Part shown: positions 8,824 to 18,249 of the stretch, in pieces
How the letters are laid out: each line of letters starts with the position of its first letter
Numbering within the stretch: position 1 is the stretch's first letter
Virus record (IMG/VR): IMGVR_UViG_3300037067_009225
Location: 32,001 to 96,000 of that record
Reading direction: 5' to 3' (one strand)
From: a virus
Taxonomy: Duplodnaviria; Caudoviricetes
Length of the DNA: 64,000 nt
Position numbers and translations under genes: made by a program
Notes under the pieces: generated by a model
What the model saw: only the letters and a program-made list of their open reading frames with translations
Told to the model about the DNA's origin: nothing
Database searches by the model: none

Positions 8824-10098
8824 ATGATGAAAAATGCACTATCAAGATTCACAGGAATCTCCGAAACTGAAATCAGAAAACGTCTTGAAAAACTCACCAT
8901 CAAGGAATTGAAGTATTTCAAGATTATGTTGGCAAAGTCTGGCGTGTTGTACATCACCAGTAAGCCAGGTATTGCTAAATCCGCTATCATCAAATCAATT
9001 GCTGATAAGTTGGGCTTTGCTTTTTACGACATTCGTTTGTCTATGGTTGATGAAACTGATGTTGGATTGTTCCCTAAAGTTGGTACTGTAACTGTTAATG
9101 GTGTTGAATGGGATATTCTTAAACACGTTCCACCTGAATGGGGCTTTCTTGCTAACGAAAAACCTTCTATCATCTTCTTTGAAGAGTTGAATCGTTCACA
9201 GCTTTCAGTTCGTAATGCTGCTCTGCAGATTCTTCTTGAACGTTCCATTGGTTTCAAGTTTCATTTCAACGATAACGTTCTTATGGTTGCCTCTGGTAAC
9301 TTGGGTGAAGAAGATGGTACAGATGTTGAAGAATTTGACTCGGCTCTTAACAATCGTCTTATTCATGTTAAGCACCTTTTGACTATTGAAGAATGGGTTG
9401 ATGGTTTTGCAAGAGAACATGTTCATCCGACTATCGTTTCTTTTGTCACTACAAATGGTGAACATTTCTATAAGAAAAGTGATAATGAAAAGGATAATTA
9501 CGCTTATGCAACACCACGTTCATGGACATTCTTATCCGATTACATTAACACCAATTTTCCTCCTGTTCAGGATACCGATAAGAATGGAAACCTTATTTTT
9601 GTCAACAGCAAGAACCAAATTGTTGATGAAAAAAACCCTGATGCTATGCCTAAAATGAAGTATGCTCCAATAAAGCAATGGCTTGGCGAAATTAAAGATA
9701 TTGGTGTATCATATGTTGGCCCATCAATAACAAGGTTCATTCGTTACTGTGAAGAATCTATGAGAATTTCCATCAAAGATGTTATTGATCGTTATCCTGA
9801 CATCAAGAATGACCTCAAATCATTCAACAGAGATAAGCATAGCGAACTTCTGAATTCTCTTAAAGAAATCGACATCATGTCGCTGAAAGATGTTCAGTTG
9901 GAAAACATCAAGGAATTCTTAACTTCAATGTCAGATGATGAAGTTGTTGGATATCTTCTCTATCTTCTTGATGACCAGTACAGCTTGAATGATGATACCA
10001 ACAACAAGAAAAACATGAAGGTTAAGGATTTCATCAAGGATAAGAGGTTTAAAAAGTTCTTCAAAACTATCCTTGACCATTGCTCAAAAGAAGATTAG
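8824..10098 (+). CDS. MoxR-like AAA+ ATPase
   Basis: Walker A variant SKPGIAKS; DIRLS; Walker B IIFFEELNR; ASGN; DSALNNR; ATPRSW. Confidence 0.88.
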   Translation: MMKNALSRFTGISETEIRKRLEKLTIKELKYFKIMLAKSGVLYITSKPGIAKSAIIKSIADKLGFAFYDIRLSMVDETDVGLFPKVGTVTVNGVEWDILKHVPPEWGFLANEKPSIIFFEELNRSQLSVRNAALQILLERSIGFKFHFNDNVLMVASGNLGEEDGTDVEEFDSALNNRLIHVKHLLTIEEWVDGFAREHVHPTIVSFVTTNGEHFYKKSDNEKDNYAYATPRSWTFLSDYINTNFPPVQDTDKNGNLIFVNSKNQIVDEKNPDAMPKMKYAPIKQWLGEIKDIGVSYVGPSITRFIRYCEESMRISIKDVIDRYPDIKNDLKSFNRDKHSELLNSLKEIDIMSLKDVQLENIKEFLTSMSDDEVVGYLLYLLDDQYSLNDDTNNKKNMKVKDFIKDKRFKKFFKTILDHCSKED

Positions 10099-10137
10099 TG
10101 TGTTTTTATCATATAATTGTTTTGATTGTGTATTACG

Positions 10138-10170
10138 AAAGCCTGAGAAAAATTCTCAGGCTTTTGTTTT
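10138..10170 (+). terminator. Intrinsic terminator
   Basis: AAAGCCTGAGAA-AAA-TTCTCAGGCTTT followed by a T-tract. Confidence 0.85.
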
Positions 10171-10197
10171 TTAATAAAATATTACTATATTTAATAA

Positions 10198-10539
10198 ATG
10201 ATCTCAAAAGAAAAAATATTAAAAGAAATTGATATTTTACATATTGATAATAGTATAAAAGAAAAATATAAAAATTTCTTTATTTCTCATATACAAAATC
10301 AACATAATGATAAAAATATGATAATAGATGTATGGTTTATATGTAAATATGTTATATTAAATTTTTCACCTTATTGTAATAATACTAATGATTTTAATTC
10401 TATTGGTGTAAGTGTAAAATTTACTTATATTAAAAATAATATAGAAAATAGTGGTAATTTATCAATAACCATAGATGATATATATGATTTTTTAAATAAA
10501 GAAAGAATTGATAAAATAAAAAATATAATCAATGAATAG
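10198..10539 (+). CDS. Hypothetical protein, RxxK tag (ERIDKIKNIINE*)
   Basis: ORF; tag. Confidence 0.7.
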   Translation: MISKEKILKEIDILHIDNSIKEKYKNFFISHIQNQHNDKNMIIDVWFICKYVILNFSPYCNNTNDFNSIGVSVKFTYIKNNIENSGNLSITIDDIYDFLNKERIDKIKNIINE

Positions 10540-11104
10540 CGATTTTTTAGATAAAAAAAAGGAAGAATTAATAATACATATTAATAACAATTTCCCATAT
10601 TGTTTTTTCTGTGGTAGCTTATCTTTAAATATGCTGGAATTGATAAATAGACCTATACATGATGTTGATATTTGTGTACCTATAAAATATAAAAAACAGG
10701 CCATAGAATATTTTTACAAATTGAAAAATAAAGATAAACAATCTTTTATAAAAAAAATTATAAACTTTTTTGATTTTTTTTCAAAAAATATAGATTTAAC
10801 ATCAAAGTACATGAGATTAAATATACAAGGCATAGATATTTGTATATTTTTTGAAAATGAATATAGGTGTATATTACATAAATTAAACTATTCTAAAATT
10901 AGAATAAGTTTTCCAGAAAATATCATAAAAGCAAAAAAGATTTATGTGAAAACAGGGTATTCTCATTATGATAATGAAACTTTAAAAAACAATATGGAAA
11001 AACATCTTAATGATATAAAATCATATGAGAAAAATAAAGAAAAATATATTAAAAAATTAAAGTTAAAAGATATTTTGGGTGAAGTAAAAATAATAAATCT
11101 TTAA
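10532..11104 (+). CDS. Nucleotidyltransferase-fold protein (pol-beta superfamily), tag variant (IKKLKLKDIL)
   Basis: GSLSL...RPIHDVDI motif; later IDI. Confidence 0.6.
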   Translation: MNSDFLDKKKEELIIHINNNFPYCFFCGSLSLNMLELINRPIHDVDICVPIKYKKQAIEYFYKLKNKDKQSFIKKIINFFDFFSKNIDLTSKYMRLNIQGIDICIFFENEYRCILHKLNYSKIRISFPENIIKAKKIYVKTGYSHYDNETLKNNMEKHLNDIKSYEKNKEKYIKKLKLKDILGEVKIINL

Positions 11105-11128
11105 ACAAAAAATAATTTTTTAAATATA
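11102..11128 (+). promoter_or_regulatory. Candidate TAAAC-N16-(T/A)ATATA phage promoter
   Basis: Same 16-nt spacing at 23708-23734(+), 54424-54450(-) and 59943-59969(+). Confidence 0.45.
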
Positions 11129-11163
11129 ATATATAAAATGATAAAAAATAAAAATTAATAATT

Positions 11164-11361
11164 ATGATTATAGTGAAAGTAGAAAATGGTGAAAACATCG
11201 AAAGAAGTTTAAAAAAATTCAAAAGAAAAATTGATAAAACTAAACTTGTAAAAGAACTCAGAGATAGACAAACTTTTGAAAAACCTTCTGTTAAGAAAAG
11301 AAGAATGTTTCAAAAAGCTAAATATGTAAGTGATAAGTTTTCAGACAATAATAACGAATAA
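11164..11361 (+). CDS. rpsU: 30S ribosomal protein bS21 (phage-encoded, Bacteroidota-type)
   Basis: V.V.NGENIERSLKKFKRK...ELRDRQ.FEKPSVKKR; Tyr54 present. Confidence 0.95.
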   Translation: MIIVKVENGENIERSLKKFKRKIDKTKLVKELRDRQTFEKPSVKKRRMFQKAKYVSDKFSDNNNE

Positions 11362-11444
11362 AAACAATTATAAATTAATTTCCTAATTATAAAAATATTT
11401 TATTATCTTTATAAACAAATTTGTAAAATGATAATATAAATATC

Positions 11445-12137
11445 ATGGATAAACTAAATATAAGCAGATTTCTATATTTTGATATAGAAACAGTAGGTAA
11501 ATATAAAGATATAACAGAATTAAAAATAAATGAACCAAAACTTTATCAATTGTTAGAAAAAAAATTTTCTAATAAAGGTGATAGAGAACGTTGGGAAAGT
11601 GAAACTATTGAAACATTATACGAAAGAATATGTTCATTAATACCAGAATACGGTAAAATAGTTTGCATATCTTATGGAAGAGTAAATAAAAATGGTGAAT
11701 TCGTTGTAAAATCTTCCATTGGTGAAGAAAAAGATATATTATTAGAAGCTCAAAAAATATTTAATGATGCTTTAGATAAAAAAATTATTCCTTCTGGCTT
11801 TAATATTTTATTATTTGATTTACCTTATATAAATAAGAAAATGATGAAATATGGAATAAGAATTCCATATAATATTTTATTATCTGATAAAAAACCTTGG
11901 AATGTTGGTGTTTTAGATTTATCTGATACTTGGAGAGGTACAGGTAGATATTGGAGTTCATTAGATGAAGTAACATATGAATTAGGTGTTGAAAGTCCAA
12001 AAGGTGAATTATCTGGAGATAAAGTTCATCACGAATTCTGGTATAATAACAATATTCAAAAAATTAAAAAATATTGTGAAGGTGATGTTAAAGCTTTAAA
12101 AAATATACATGAAAAGATGATAATATCTTTAATATAA
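11445..12137 (+). CDS. DEDD 3'-5' exonuclease (PolB-exo-like)
   Basis: YFDIET, GFNILLFDLPY, SLD and YCEGDV motifs. Confidence 0.88.
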   Translation: MDKLNISRFLYFDIETVGKYKDITELKINEPKLYQLLEKKFSNKGDRERWESETIETLYERICSLIPEYGKIVCISYGRVNKNGEFVVKSSIGEEKDILLEAQKIFNDALDKKIIPSGFNILLFDLPYINKKMMKYGIRIPYNILLSDKKPWNVGVLDLSDTWRGTGRYWSSLDEVTYELGVESPKGELSGDKVHHEFWYNNNIQKIKKYCEGDVKALKNIHEKMIISLI

Positions 12138-12151
12138 AAATAAAAAATATT

Positions 12152-12330
12152 ATGAAATGTTTTTTTGGACATAAATTTGGTAAATGGAAAACTATTAAAA
12201 AATAGATAATTTAAATTATTTATTACATAGAAAATGTAAAAAATGTGGTTATATAGAAAAATATGAAGGAATGATACAAATTTGTATTCTTAATGGTGAT
12301 AAATCACCATACATTTATAAATGTGATTAA
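12152..12330 (+). pseudogene. Small Cys/His zinc-finger protein, frameshifted in an A6 run
   Basis: MKCFFGHKFGKWKTIKK* continues in the shifted frame as IDNLNYLLHRKCKKCGYIEKY...; adding one A at 12197-12202 restores the frame. Confidence 0.6.
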
Positions 12331-12346
12331 AAATATAAATATAATA

Positions 12347-12904
12347 ATGGAATTTGAAAAAAAATATATTGAATTAGATAATTGGATTAATGAAAAAACA
12401 GCATCATCAAAAAGTGTTGTTGAATTAGGTGCAGGGTTTTTCAATAGATTATCAAATGTGAATAATAATTGCATTGTGAGAATTGGTATTGAAATTTATA
12501 AACCTTATATTGATAATGCCACTTACCATAATTGTATTAAAATAAATGGTGATGCTTTAAAATATAAAGAATTATTAAAAAATACAAGTTTAGACACCGT
12601 AATGATAATTGATGTTTTAGAACATTTTGAAAAAGATGTTGCATATAAACTCATTAGTAATTTAAAGAAAGATTTTAAAAAAATTATTTTAATGTTACCT
12701 TATGGTTTATTTGAACAACATGAAGATATAACTGGTTTTGGTGGTCATGAATATCAAACTCATAAGAGTTTTTGGTATAAAGAAGATGTTGAAAAATTAA
12801 AGTTTAATGAAAATGTTATTGATGAAACATTTCATTCTTATAAATATAGAGTTGAAAATAATTTGGATTTGGGTTGTTATTTTGGTGTTTGGAACAAAAA
12901 ATAA
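12347..12904 (+). CDS. Class I SAM-dependent methyltransferase-like protein
   Basis: VVELGAG, IGIEI, GDA and IDVLEHF motifs; start moved to MEFEKK. Confidence 0.8.
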   Translation: MEFEKKYIELDNWINEKTASSKSVVELGAGFFNRLSNVNNNCIVRIGIEIYKPYIDNATYHNCIKINGDALKYKELLKNTSLDTVMIIDVLEHFEKDVAYKLISNLKKDFKKIILMLPYGLFEQHEDITGFGGHEYQTHKSFWYKEDVEKLKFNENVIDETFHSYKYRVENNLDLGCYFGVWNKK

Positions 12905-12912
12905 AAAATAAT

Positions 12913-13290
12913 ATGGAAAAACAATTAAAATTTATAAAAAAAGAATTGAAAGAAAACATTAAAATGTCTAAAAAAAGAATTGATGATCTTTATTCAGAAA
13001 AAAATCAAGCTGAAAAGCTTCCAAATGATTGTTTGGGTTATGTTGATGAAGATGGTATCAAATGTGAAAATCCAAATATGAAAATTGATTTATTAACTGG
13101 ATATGAACATCAAATAGGATATTTAGAATGTTTGCTTAATAATAGTATCAATATATTATCAATATTGGAAATGAATGATTCTGAATTTGAGAGTTTTATA
13201 AAAAGAGATAAAGAGATAGAAGAACAAAATAAAAAGACTTTAGCAGAACTAAAAAAGAAAATAAAATTCAATAGATATGAAAAAAAGTAA
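12913..13290 (+). CDS. Hypothetical protein
   Basis: ORF; start moved to MEKQLK. Confidence 0.7.
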   Translation: MEKQLKFIKKELKENIKMSKKRIDDLYSEKNQAEKLPNDCLGYVDEDGIKCENPNMKIDLLTGYEHQIGYLECLLNNSINILSILEMNDSEFESFIKRDKEIEEQNKKTLAELKKKIKFNRYEKK

Positions 13291-13471
13291 TAATATTGAT
13301 ATTTTTGATATAGCATATCTTTTATATAAAACTGATAATTCATCAAATTATTATTTACCAATATTAACAAAAGGACAATTTATAAATAGACCAGATGTTA
13401 ATGAAGAATATATTATTAAAGCAAAAAAAGAAATAAGAAAAACTAAATTAGAAAGAATAAATGATAACTGA
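13277..13471 (+). CDS. Small hypothetical protein, RxxK tag (IRKTKLERIN)
   Basis: Family with 13461 and 15077 (AY.LY...YI.KA...R..K). Confidence 0.7.
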   Translation: MKKSNNIDIFDIAYLLYKTDNSSNYYLPILTKGQFINRPDVNEEYIIKAKKEIRKTKLERINDN

Positions 13472-13654
13472 AGATATTTATAATATTGCATATGATTTGT
13501 ATATAAATAATAAAAAAAATAATTATAAAGATGTTTATCAAACATCTACTTTTTTACTTATTCAGTTTTCAAAATTATTATAACAGAAGATGATATATAT
13601 ATTAAAAAAGCAATCAGAATTAAAAAAATAAAAAATATTAATATATACAAATAA
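13461..13654 (+). pseudogene. Frameshifted paralog of 13277..13471
   Basis: MITEDIYNIAYDLY... joins ...YIKKAIRIKKIKNINIYK* if one T is added in the T6 run at 13550-13555. Confidence 0.6.
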
Positions 13655-13665
13655 AAAATATAAAA

Positions 13666-14844
13666 GTGAAATATTTTATACCTTCTTTTGATGACTGCAA
13701 AGCTATAATAGAAAACAATTCTAAAAAATCTTTTTCCGAAAAAATAGAAATTATAGATGGATATAAAATACATAATTTTGATTATTTATATCCTAAAAAA
13801 AATTCCTTTTCTGAACCAATAAAAAATTCTCAAATAACTGCTAATGAGTTAAGAGGTATATCATTTGTATTTAATGAAGATGGTTCGTTATATAATAGAT
13901 ATTTGATGTTGAATAAATTCTGGAATATTAATGAAATAGAAGAAAATAAATTAGAAAATTTACGAAAATTAAAAATAAAAAATATCACCACAAAATATGA
14001 TGGTTCATTAATAAGATTTATAAAATTACCAAATAATAAAGTTATAGCAAAGACAATAGCTGGATTTAGTAATTTGCAAACATCATCATCTAATGAAATA
14101 TATAACAATAATCTTTATTTAAAAAATATTGTAGATAAATCTATTAATGATAATGTAGCATTACTATTTGAATATGTTTCATCAAATAATAAAATTGTTA
14201 TAGATTATAATATAAATAAATTAATTTTAATAAAAGCCAGAAATAATATAACTGGAGAATATTATAATTTAAAAGATATAATTCAAAAATATGATATCAA
14301 AGAAACCAATTATCTTAATATAACTAAAGAAAAAAATGTTGATAATATTGATAATTTAATCGAAATTGTTAAATTTTTAGAAAACGAAGAAGGTGTTGTT
14401 ATTCAATTTGAAGATGATAGATTAGTTAAATTAAAATCAGATTGGTATAATATTAGACATAGATTACTTGATAATGATGAACAAGAAAATGATGTTATAT
14501 CACTTATTTTAAATGATGTTAATAAAGATTATTTAAAATATATTAATAATTCAGAAAAAATTAAAAAAATTTCAGAAATAGAAACTATTATAAATAAATA
14601 TATAAAATTTGTAATTGATCAAGTTGATGAATCTTATATTATTTTTAAAAATAAATTTAATGGAGATAAGGATTTATTTGCTAAAGAATATAAAAAACAT
14701 CAACATTTTCATTTCTTCATGCTTAAAATAAAAGGTTTTAACATTGAAGAAGAATTAAAAAAATATATTCTTAAAAAAACATATTATTTAGATAGAGCAA
14801 AAGTATGGATAGAAGTAGCAAAAAGAACAATAAATCAGAAATAA
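13666..14844 (+). CDS. T4 Rnl1-like RNA ligase
   Basis: ELRGI.F, KFWN, KYDGSL (motif I), LFEY, EGVV and VKLKS motifs. Confidence 0.88.
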   Translation: MKYFIPSFDDCKAIIENNSKKSFSEKIEIIDGYKIHNFDYLYPKKNSFSEPIKNSQITANELRGISFVFNEDGSLYNRYLMLNKFWNINEIEENKLENLRKLKIKNITTKYDGSLIRFIKLPNNKVIAKTIAGFSNLQTSSSNEIYNNNLYLKNIVDKSINDNVALLFEYVSSNNKIVIDYNINKLILIKARNNITGEYYNLKDIIQKYDIKETNYLNITKEKNVDNIDNLIEIVKFLENEEGVVIQFEDDRLVKLKSDWYNIRHRLLDNDEQENDVISLILNDVNKDYLKYINNSEKIKKISEIETIINKYIKFVIDQVDESYIIFKNKFNGDKDLFAKEYKKHQHFHFFMLKIKGFNIEEELKKYILKKTYYLDRAKVWIEVAKRTINQK

Positions 14845-15077
14845 ACATAGGTTTAGAACCAGTTGGTGCTTACAATAGAAAAAAACTTGTTGATTATTAT
14901 AAACATATCTATGATGAAAAAAGAGAAAATATAAAAATAGAAGATTATGTTTTTTTAACAAAAAATATGAAACCACGAACAAGAGGTTTTGTTTTTTTAA
15001 AAGATGGTGAAGTTATCTATGAAACATCAAAAAGTAAAATTATAAAAGAATTAAATAAAATACTAAAAGAAACATAA
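14805..15077 (+). CDS. Hypothetical protein
   Basis: ORF within operon. Confidence 0.6.
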   Translation: MDRSSKKNNKSEINIGLEPVGAYNRKKLVDYYKHIYDEKRENIKIEDYVFLTKNMKPRTRGFVFLKDGEVIYETSKSKIIKELNKILKET

Positions 15078-15259
15078 TGAATAAAGAATATTTAGAATAT
15101 GCATTTTATTTATACAGTATAGATGAAAAACGTAACAAATTCATACAAATATATAATTTAGAAGATATGTATAATAAACCTGTATTTAAAAAATATATAG
15201 ATAAAGCTATAAATAAAATAAGACAAGAAAAAATAAGAAGTATTTTACACAATGCTTGA
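15077..15259 (+). CDS. Small hypothetical protein, RxxK tag (IRQEKIRSIL)
   Basis: Family with 13277. Confidence 0.7.
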   Translation: MNKEYLEYAFYLYSIDEKRNKFIQIYNLEDMYNKPVFKKYIDKAINKIRQEKIRSILHNA

Positions 15260-15467
15260 ATACATAAAAATAATAAACAAAATTAAAGAAAAATATCCAG
15301 AATTAAATATTCATATTTCATTAGATCGGTTATATGTTGGTGAAAAAAAATTTAAAATTTCAGGTATATTGTGTTCTAATATTAATATGAATTCCGAAAA
15401 TGATGTTAATTTTATTTTAACTGAAATAAAAAAACAATATTTGGATAAAAAAATGTATTATATGTAA
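15252..15467 (+). CDS. Hypothetical protein
   Basis: Overlapping ORF in operon. Confidence 0.6.
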   Translation: MLEYIKIINKIKEKYPELNIHISLDRLYVGEKKFKISGILCSNINMNSENDVNFILTEIKKQYLDKKMYYM

Positions 15468-15503
15468 AATATAATATATAGATATTAAAATATTATAAAT
15501 TAT

Positions 15504-15731
15504 ATGGAAATAACATCAATAGATAAATATCATATGAATCAAATGAAAAAATTTCAATCTGAAATTAAAGATGGATTTACGCCAAAATTAACAGATTATT
15601 TTTTTATTAATAGTCTTAAACAAATTAGAAAAAGTGGATATATATTTATTGATGATAATAATATAGCTAAATGGTTTCAATTAAAATCAGATGCTGTATC
15701 ATATATGAATAGTGTATTAAATGATAATTAA
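15504..15731 (+). CDS. Hypothetical protein
   Basis: ORF with AATATATA upstream. Confidence 0.6.
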   Translation: MEITSIDKYHMNQMKKFQSEIKDGFTPKLTDYFFINSLKQIRKSGYIFIDDNNIAKWFQLKSDAVSYMNSVLNDN

Positions 15732-15833
15732 ACAAGACTGAAATCTAACTAAACCAAAATATTTCAAATGTTTAATATATTTTTTAATAAAGGTATGTTT
15801 TTTGTTTGTATTTATAAAAATTAAAGTGTTAAA

Positions 15834-16199
15834 ATGATTAAATTATTATATGTAGAAGATGATCCAATATTCAGAAATTTAGTTGCTGAGATATTAAAAT
15901 ATAGTGTTGATTTTAAATTGGATTTAGCGAATGATGGTGAGAGTGGAGTTAAGAAAGCATTAAATAATGATTATGATATTATTATCATGGATATTATGAT
16001 GCCTGATATTGATGGTTGGGAAGCAACAAGAAGAATAAAAATGGTTAAACCTAATCTTCCTGTTATTTCTTTATCAGCTTTAAATATTAGAGATTTAGAT
16101 GCTAATGAAATGTTTGAAGAATATATAAGAAAACCTATTCGTGGTTATGAATTTAAAAAAACTTTAAAATCAGTAGCTGAAAAATATAATATTAAATAA
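15834..16199 (+). CDS. Stand-alone response regulator receiver domain (CheY-like)
   Basis: VEDD, DIIIMDIMMPDIDG, LSA and KP motifs. Confidence 0.93.
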   Translation: MIKLLYVEDDPIFRNLVAEILKYSVDFKLDLANDGESGVKKALNNDYDIIIMDIMMPDIDGWEATRRIKMVKPNLPVISLSALNIRDLDANEMFEEYIRKPIRGYEFKKTLKSVAEKYNIK

Positions 16200-16210
16200 T
16201 TTAATATATA
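16200..16210 (+). promoter_or_regulatory. Candidate phage late promoter TTT(A/T)ATATATA, representative site
   Basis: Also at 1975-1984(-), 2001-2012, 19233-19245(-), 20695-20707(-), 32989-33000(-), 38116-38128, 42360-42370, 44266-44278, 54741-54758, 55236-55246, 56697-56716 and 62277-62287; mostly precedes structural, terminase and leader-bearing genes. Confidence 0.6.
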
Positions 16211-16229
16211 ATAAAAAAATATATTTAAA

Positions 16230-16553
16230 ATGAAAAATATTTTAGATTTTAATATTTTTGTTAATGAAGAATATAAAAGAAACACAAAATTTGATGTCAA
16301 ATTATCAAAACTAATAGATAATGATGGTAATGTTTTAGATAAAACAGGTTGGGCTGTTGAATATCTTGGTATTGTTGATGAAGATGGTAATGCTTATTAT
16401 ATGGCTGGTGTTTCAGAACTTGATAATACATTTTATGTAAACATATCAGTAACAGAAAAAGGTGTTGAAGGTTGTTTAAATGTAGATAATAAATTCTACC
16501 CAATTGAAGCTGGTGCAAAATATAATGGTGAAGAAAAAATTGATGCACAATAA
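16230..16553 (+). CDS. Hypothetical protein with CTS-like leader (MKNILDFNIFVNEE)
   Basis: Leader motif; late-type promoter. Confidence 0.7.
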   Translation: MKNILDFNIFVNEEYKRNTKFDVKLSKLIDNDGNVLDKTGWAVEYLGIVDEDGNAYYMAGVSELDNTFYVNISVTEKGVEGCLNVDNKFYPIEAGAKYNGEEKIDAQ

Positions 16554-17065
16554 TGATAACTAAATTAAATACTTTTATTAACGAAAGTAAAATTTCATTT
16601 GAGAAAATATTTAATAATCCAATTTTTATTAAAGCGTTTAATGGAAGTAAAGTAGTAGATAACAATAATAATCCATTATTAATGCATCATGGCGGTTCAT
16701 TTTCGGGTGGCGAATTTAAAGGTAATGGTTGGTTTACTATATCAAAAAAAGATGCAAAATATTACGCTAAACAAAATAATGGGTTTGTAACTTCTGCTTT
16801 TTTAATTATTAAAAATCCTTTATATTCAGGTGATATTAAACATTTAAATATAAAAATAACACCAGAAATTTTAAAAACTTGTAAAAAAATAAATTATAAT
16901 ATTAAAACAAAAAATGATATTATTCAATTTATAGAAGCAAATTCTGCTGTAATAATAGCACAAAATAATGGTTATGATGGTGTTATTGATATACATGAAA
17001 AAGAAATATTAGATGCTGTTATATTTGATAATAATCAATTACTATTACCAGAAAATTTTATTTAA
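16553..17065 (+). CDS. ADP-ribosyltransferase-fold protein (ART-PolyVal-like) with CTS-like leader
   Basis: PLLMHHG...G.WFT.....A..YA...AFL.IKNP...GYDGVI...VIFD..Q pattern; leader MITKLNTFINES. Confidence 0.6.
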   Translation: MITKLNTFINESKISFEKIFNNPIFIKAFNGSKVVDNNNNPLLMHHGGSFSGGEFKGNGWFTISKKDAKYYAKQNNGFVTSAFLIIKNPLYSGDIKHLNIKITPEILKTCKKINYNIKTKNDIIQFIEANSAVIIAQNNGYDGVIDIHEKEILDAVIFDNNQLLLPENFI

Positions 17066-17502
17066 ATTTCTTTTAAATATATAAAATCTATTTCATCTGT
17101 TGTGTCTAATTGGTATTCTGCAACAGAACCAAGCCAATATAAATAATCACCTTGTTGTTCTGTTCCTTTAGCTCTTTTTGTTATACCACTATCATTAGAA
17201 AAATAACACATATCATTTACACCATTACCAACATCTACAATTAAACCATTAATATAAACATTAACAATAGATGTTGGAGAATCTATAATAGCAGTATTAC
17301 AAGCTAAATCACCATCTGATGTAGTAACTAACCCTGCCATATTTAAATTAGAATCCGAATAAACTGCAGTTACACCACTCACTTGTTTAACATATTCAAC
17401 AGTAGCAACTAAAGATGTTTGTGCAGATAATGGTGTTTCTAAATTGAATTTATCTTGTGTTACACTATAATCTTTTATTTGTTTATTTTTAACTCTTTTC
17501 AT
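17062..17502 (-). CDS. Putative virion structural protein, paralog 3 of the DGDLAC family
   Basis: ATVEYV...NLNM...DGDLAC...NG...CYFS.D.G...GD.LYW shared with 18250 and 18766. Confidence 0.7.
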   Translation of the reverse strand: MKRVKNKQIKDYSVTQDKFNLETPLSAQTSLVATVEYVKQVSGVTAVYSDSNLNMAGLVTTSDGDLACNTAIIDSPTSIVNVYINGLIVDVGNGVNDMCYFSNDSGITKRAKGTEQQGDYLYWLGSVAEYQLDTTDEIDFIYLKEI

Positions 17503-17711
17503 TTATTCAGTTTTTTATATTCTTTTAATGTTAATAAACCTAATTCTTTTATTTTATCTTCGATATCTTGTTTTGTTTCACCAATAAAAACTTTTTGTGT
17601 TGTTCCAATACTACCATTATCTATAAATTTATTCATTTTTATAATTTTAGTATCTTCTTCCCATACTAACACCCAAACATCATATACTATTATATTTTTT
17701 ATTTTTGCCAT
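17499..17711 (-). CDS. Hypothetical protein
   Basis: Start moved to MAKIKN to avoid overlap. Confidence 0.6.
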   Translation of the reverse strand: MAKIKNIIVYDVWVLVWEEDTKIIKMNKFIDNGSIGTTQKVFIGETKQDIEDKIKELGLLTLKEYKKLNK

Positions 17712-17725
17712 ATTATTATATATTT

Positions 17726-18247
17726 TTAATTTGTAGTCACAGTCCAACCATTTGAAATTAATGTTGCTTTATCAGTTAAACCTTGTCCACTTGGAGCTCC
17801 CATATTTGTACCATTAAGTAATAATGTACCACTTGGTACAGTTGTGTTGACAAATTTTGCTAAAATAGCATTAACTTCTGTTGTGGATAAATTATTATTT
17901 GCTAAATCACAAAAACTTATTTGATTTATATCAAAAGTGACAGCAGAAATTTGATTATCACTAAAATCTAAATATGTTATTTTATTATTTATATTTGGCA
18001 TGTTGGTTAATAAATTAGAACTCAAATCTAATAAATCTATATTCAATCTACTATCTGATAAATCTGGTGCTATTGTTATACTTGAACCACTCAATATCAA
18101 CTCATCAATGGTATCTACATCACCACTTATATTTATTATATAATCTTTATTTACTGAATATATTTTTGTTACAGTATAATAATCATTATTATTTAATGTT
18201 ACACCTGTATTACCACCATCACCCCATTTAATAATTATATTTGACAT
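17726..18247 (-). CDS. Leucine-rich-repeat protein in a structural operon
   Basis: LILSGSSI, LDLSSNLL, LDFSDNQI and CDLANNNL repeats. Confidence 0.75.
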   Translation of the reverse strand: MSNIIIKWGDGGNTGVTLNNNDYYTVTKIYSVNKDYIINISGDVDTIDELILSGSSITIAPDLSDSRLNIDLLDLSSNLLTNMPNINNKITYLDFSDNQISAVTFDINQISFCDLANNNLSTTEVNAILAKFVNTTVPSGTLLLNGTNMGAPSGQGLTDKATLISNGWTVTTN

Positions 18248-18249
18248 GT

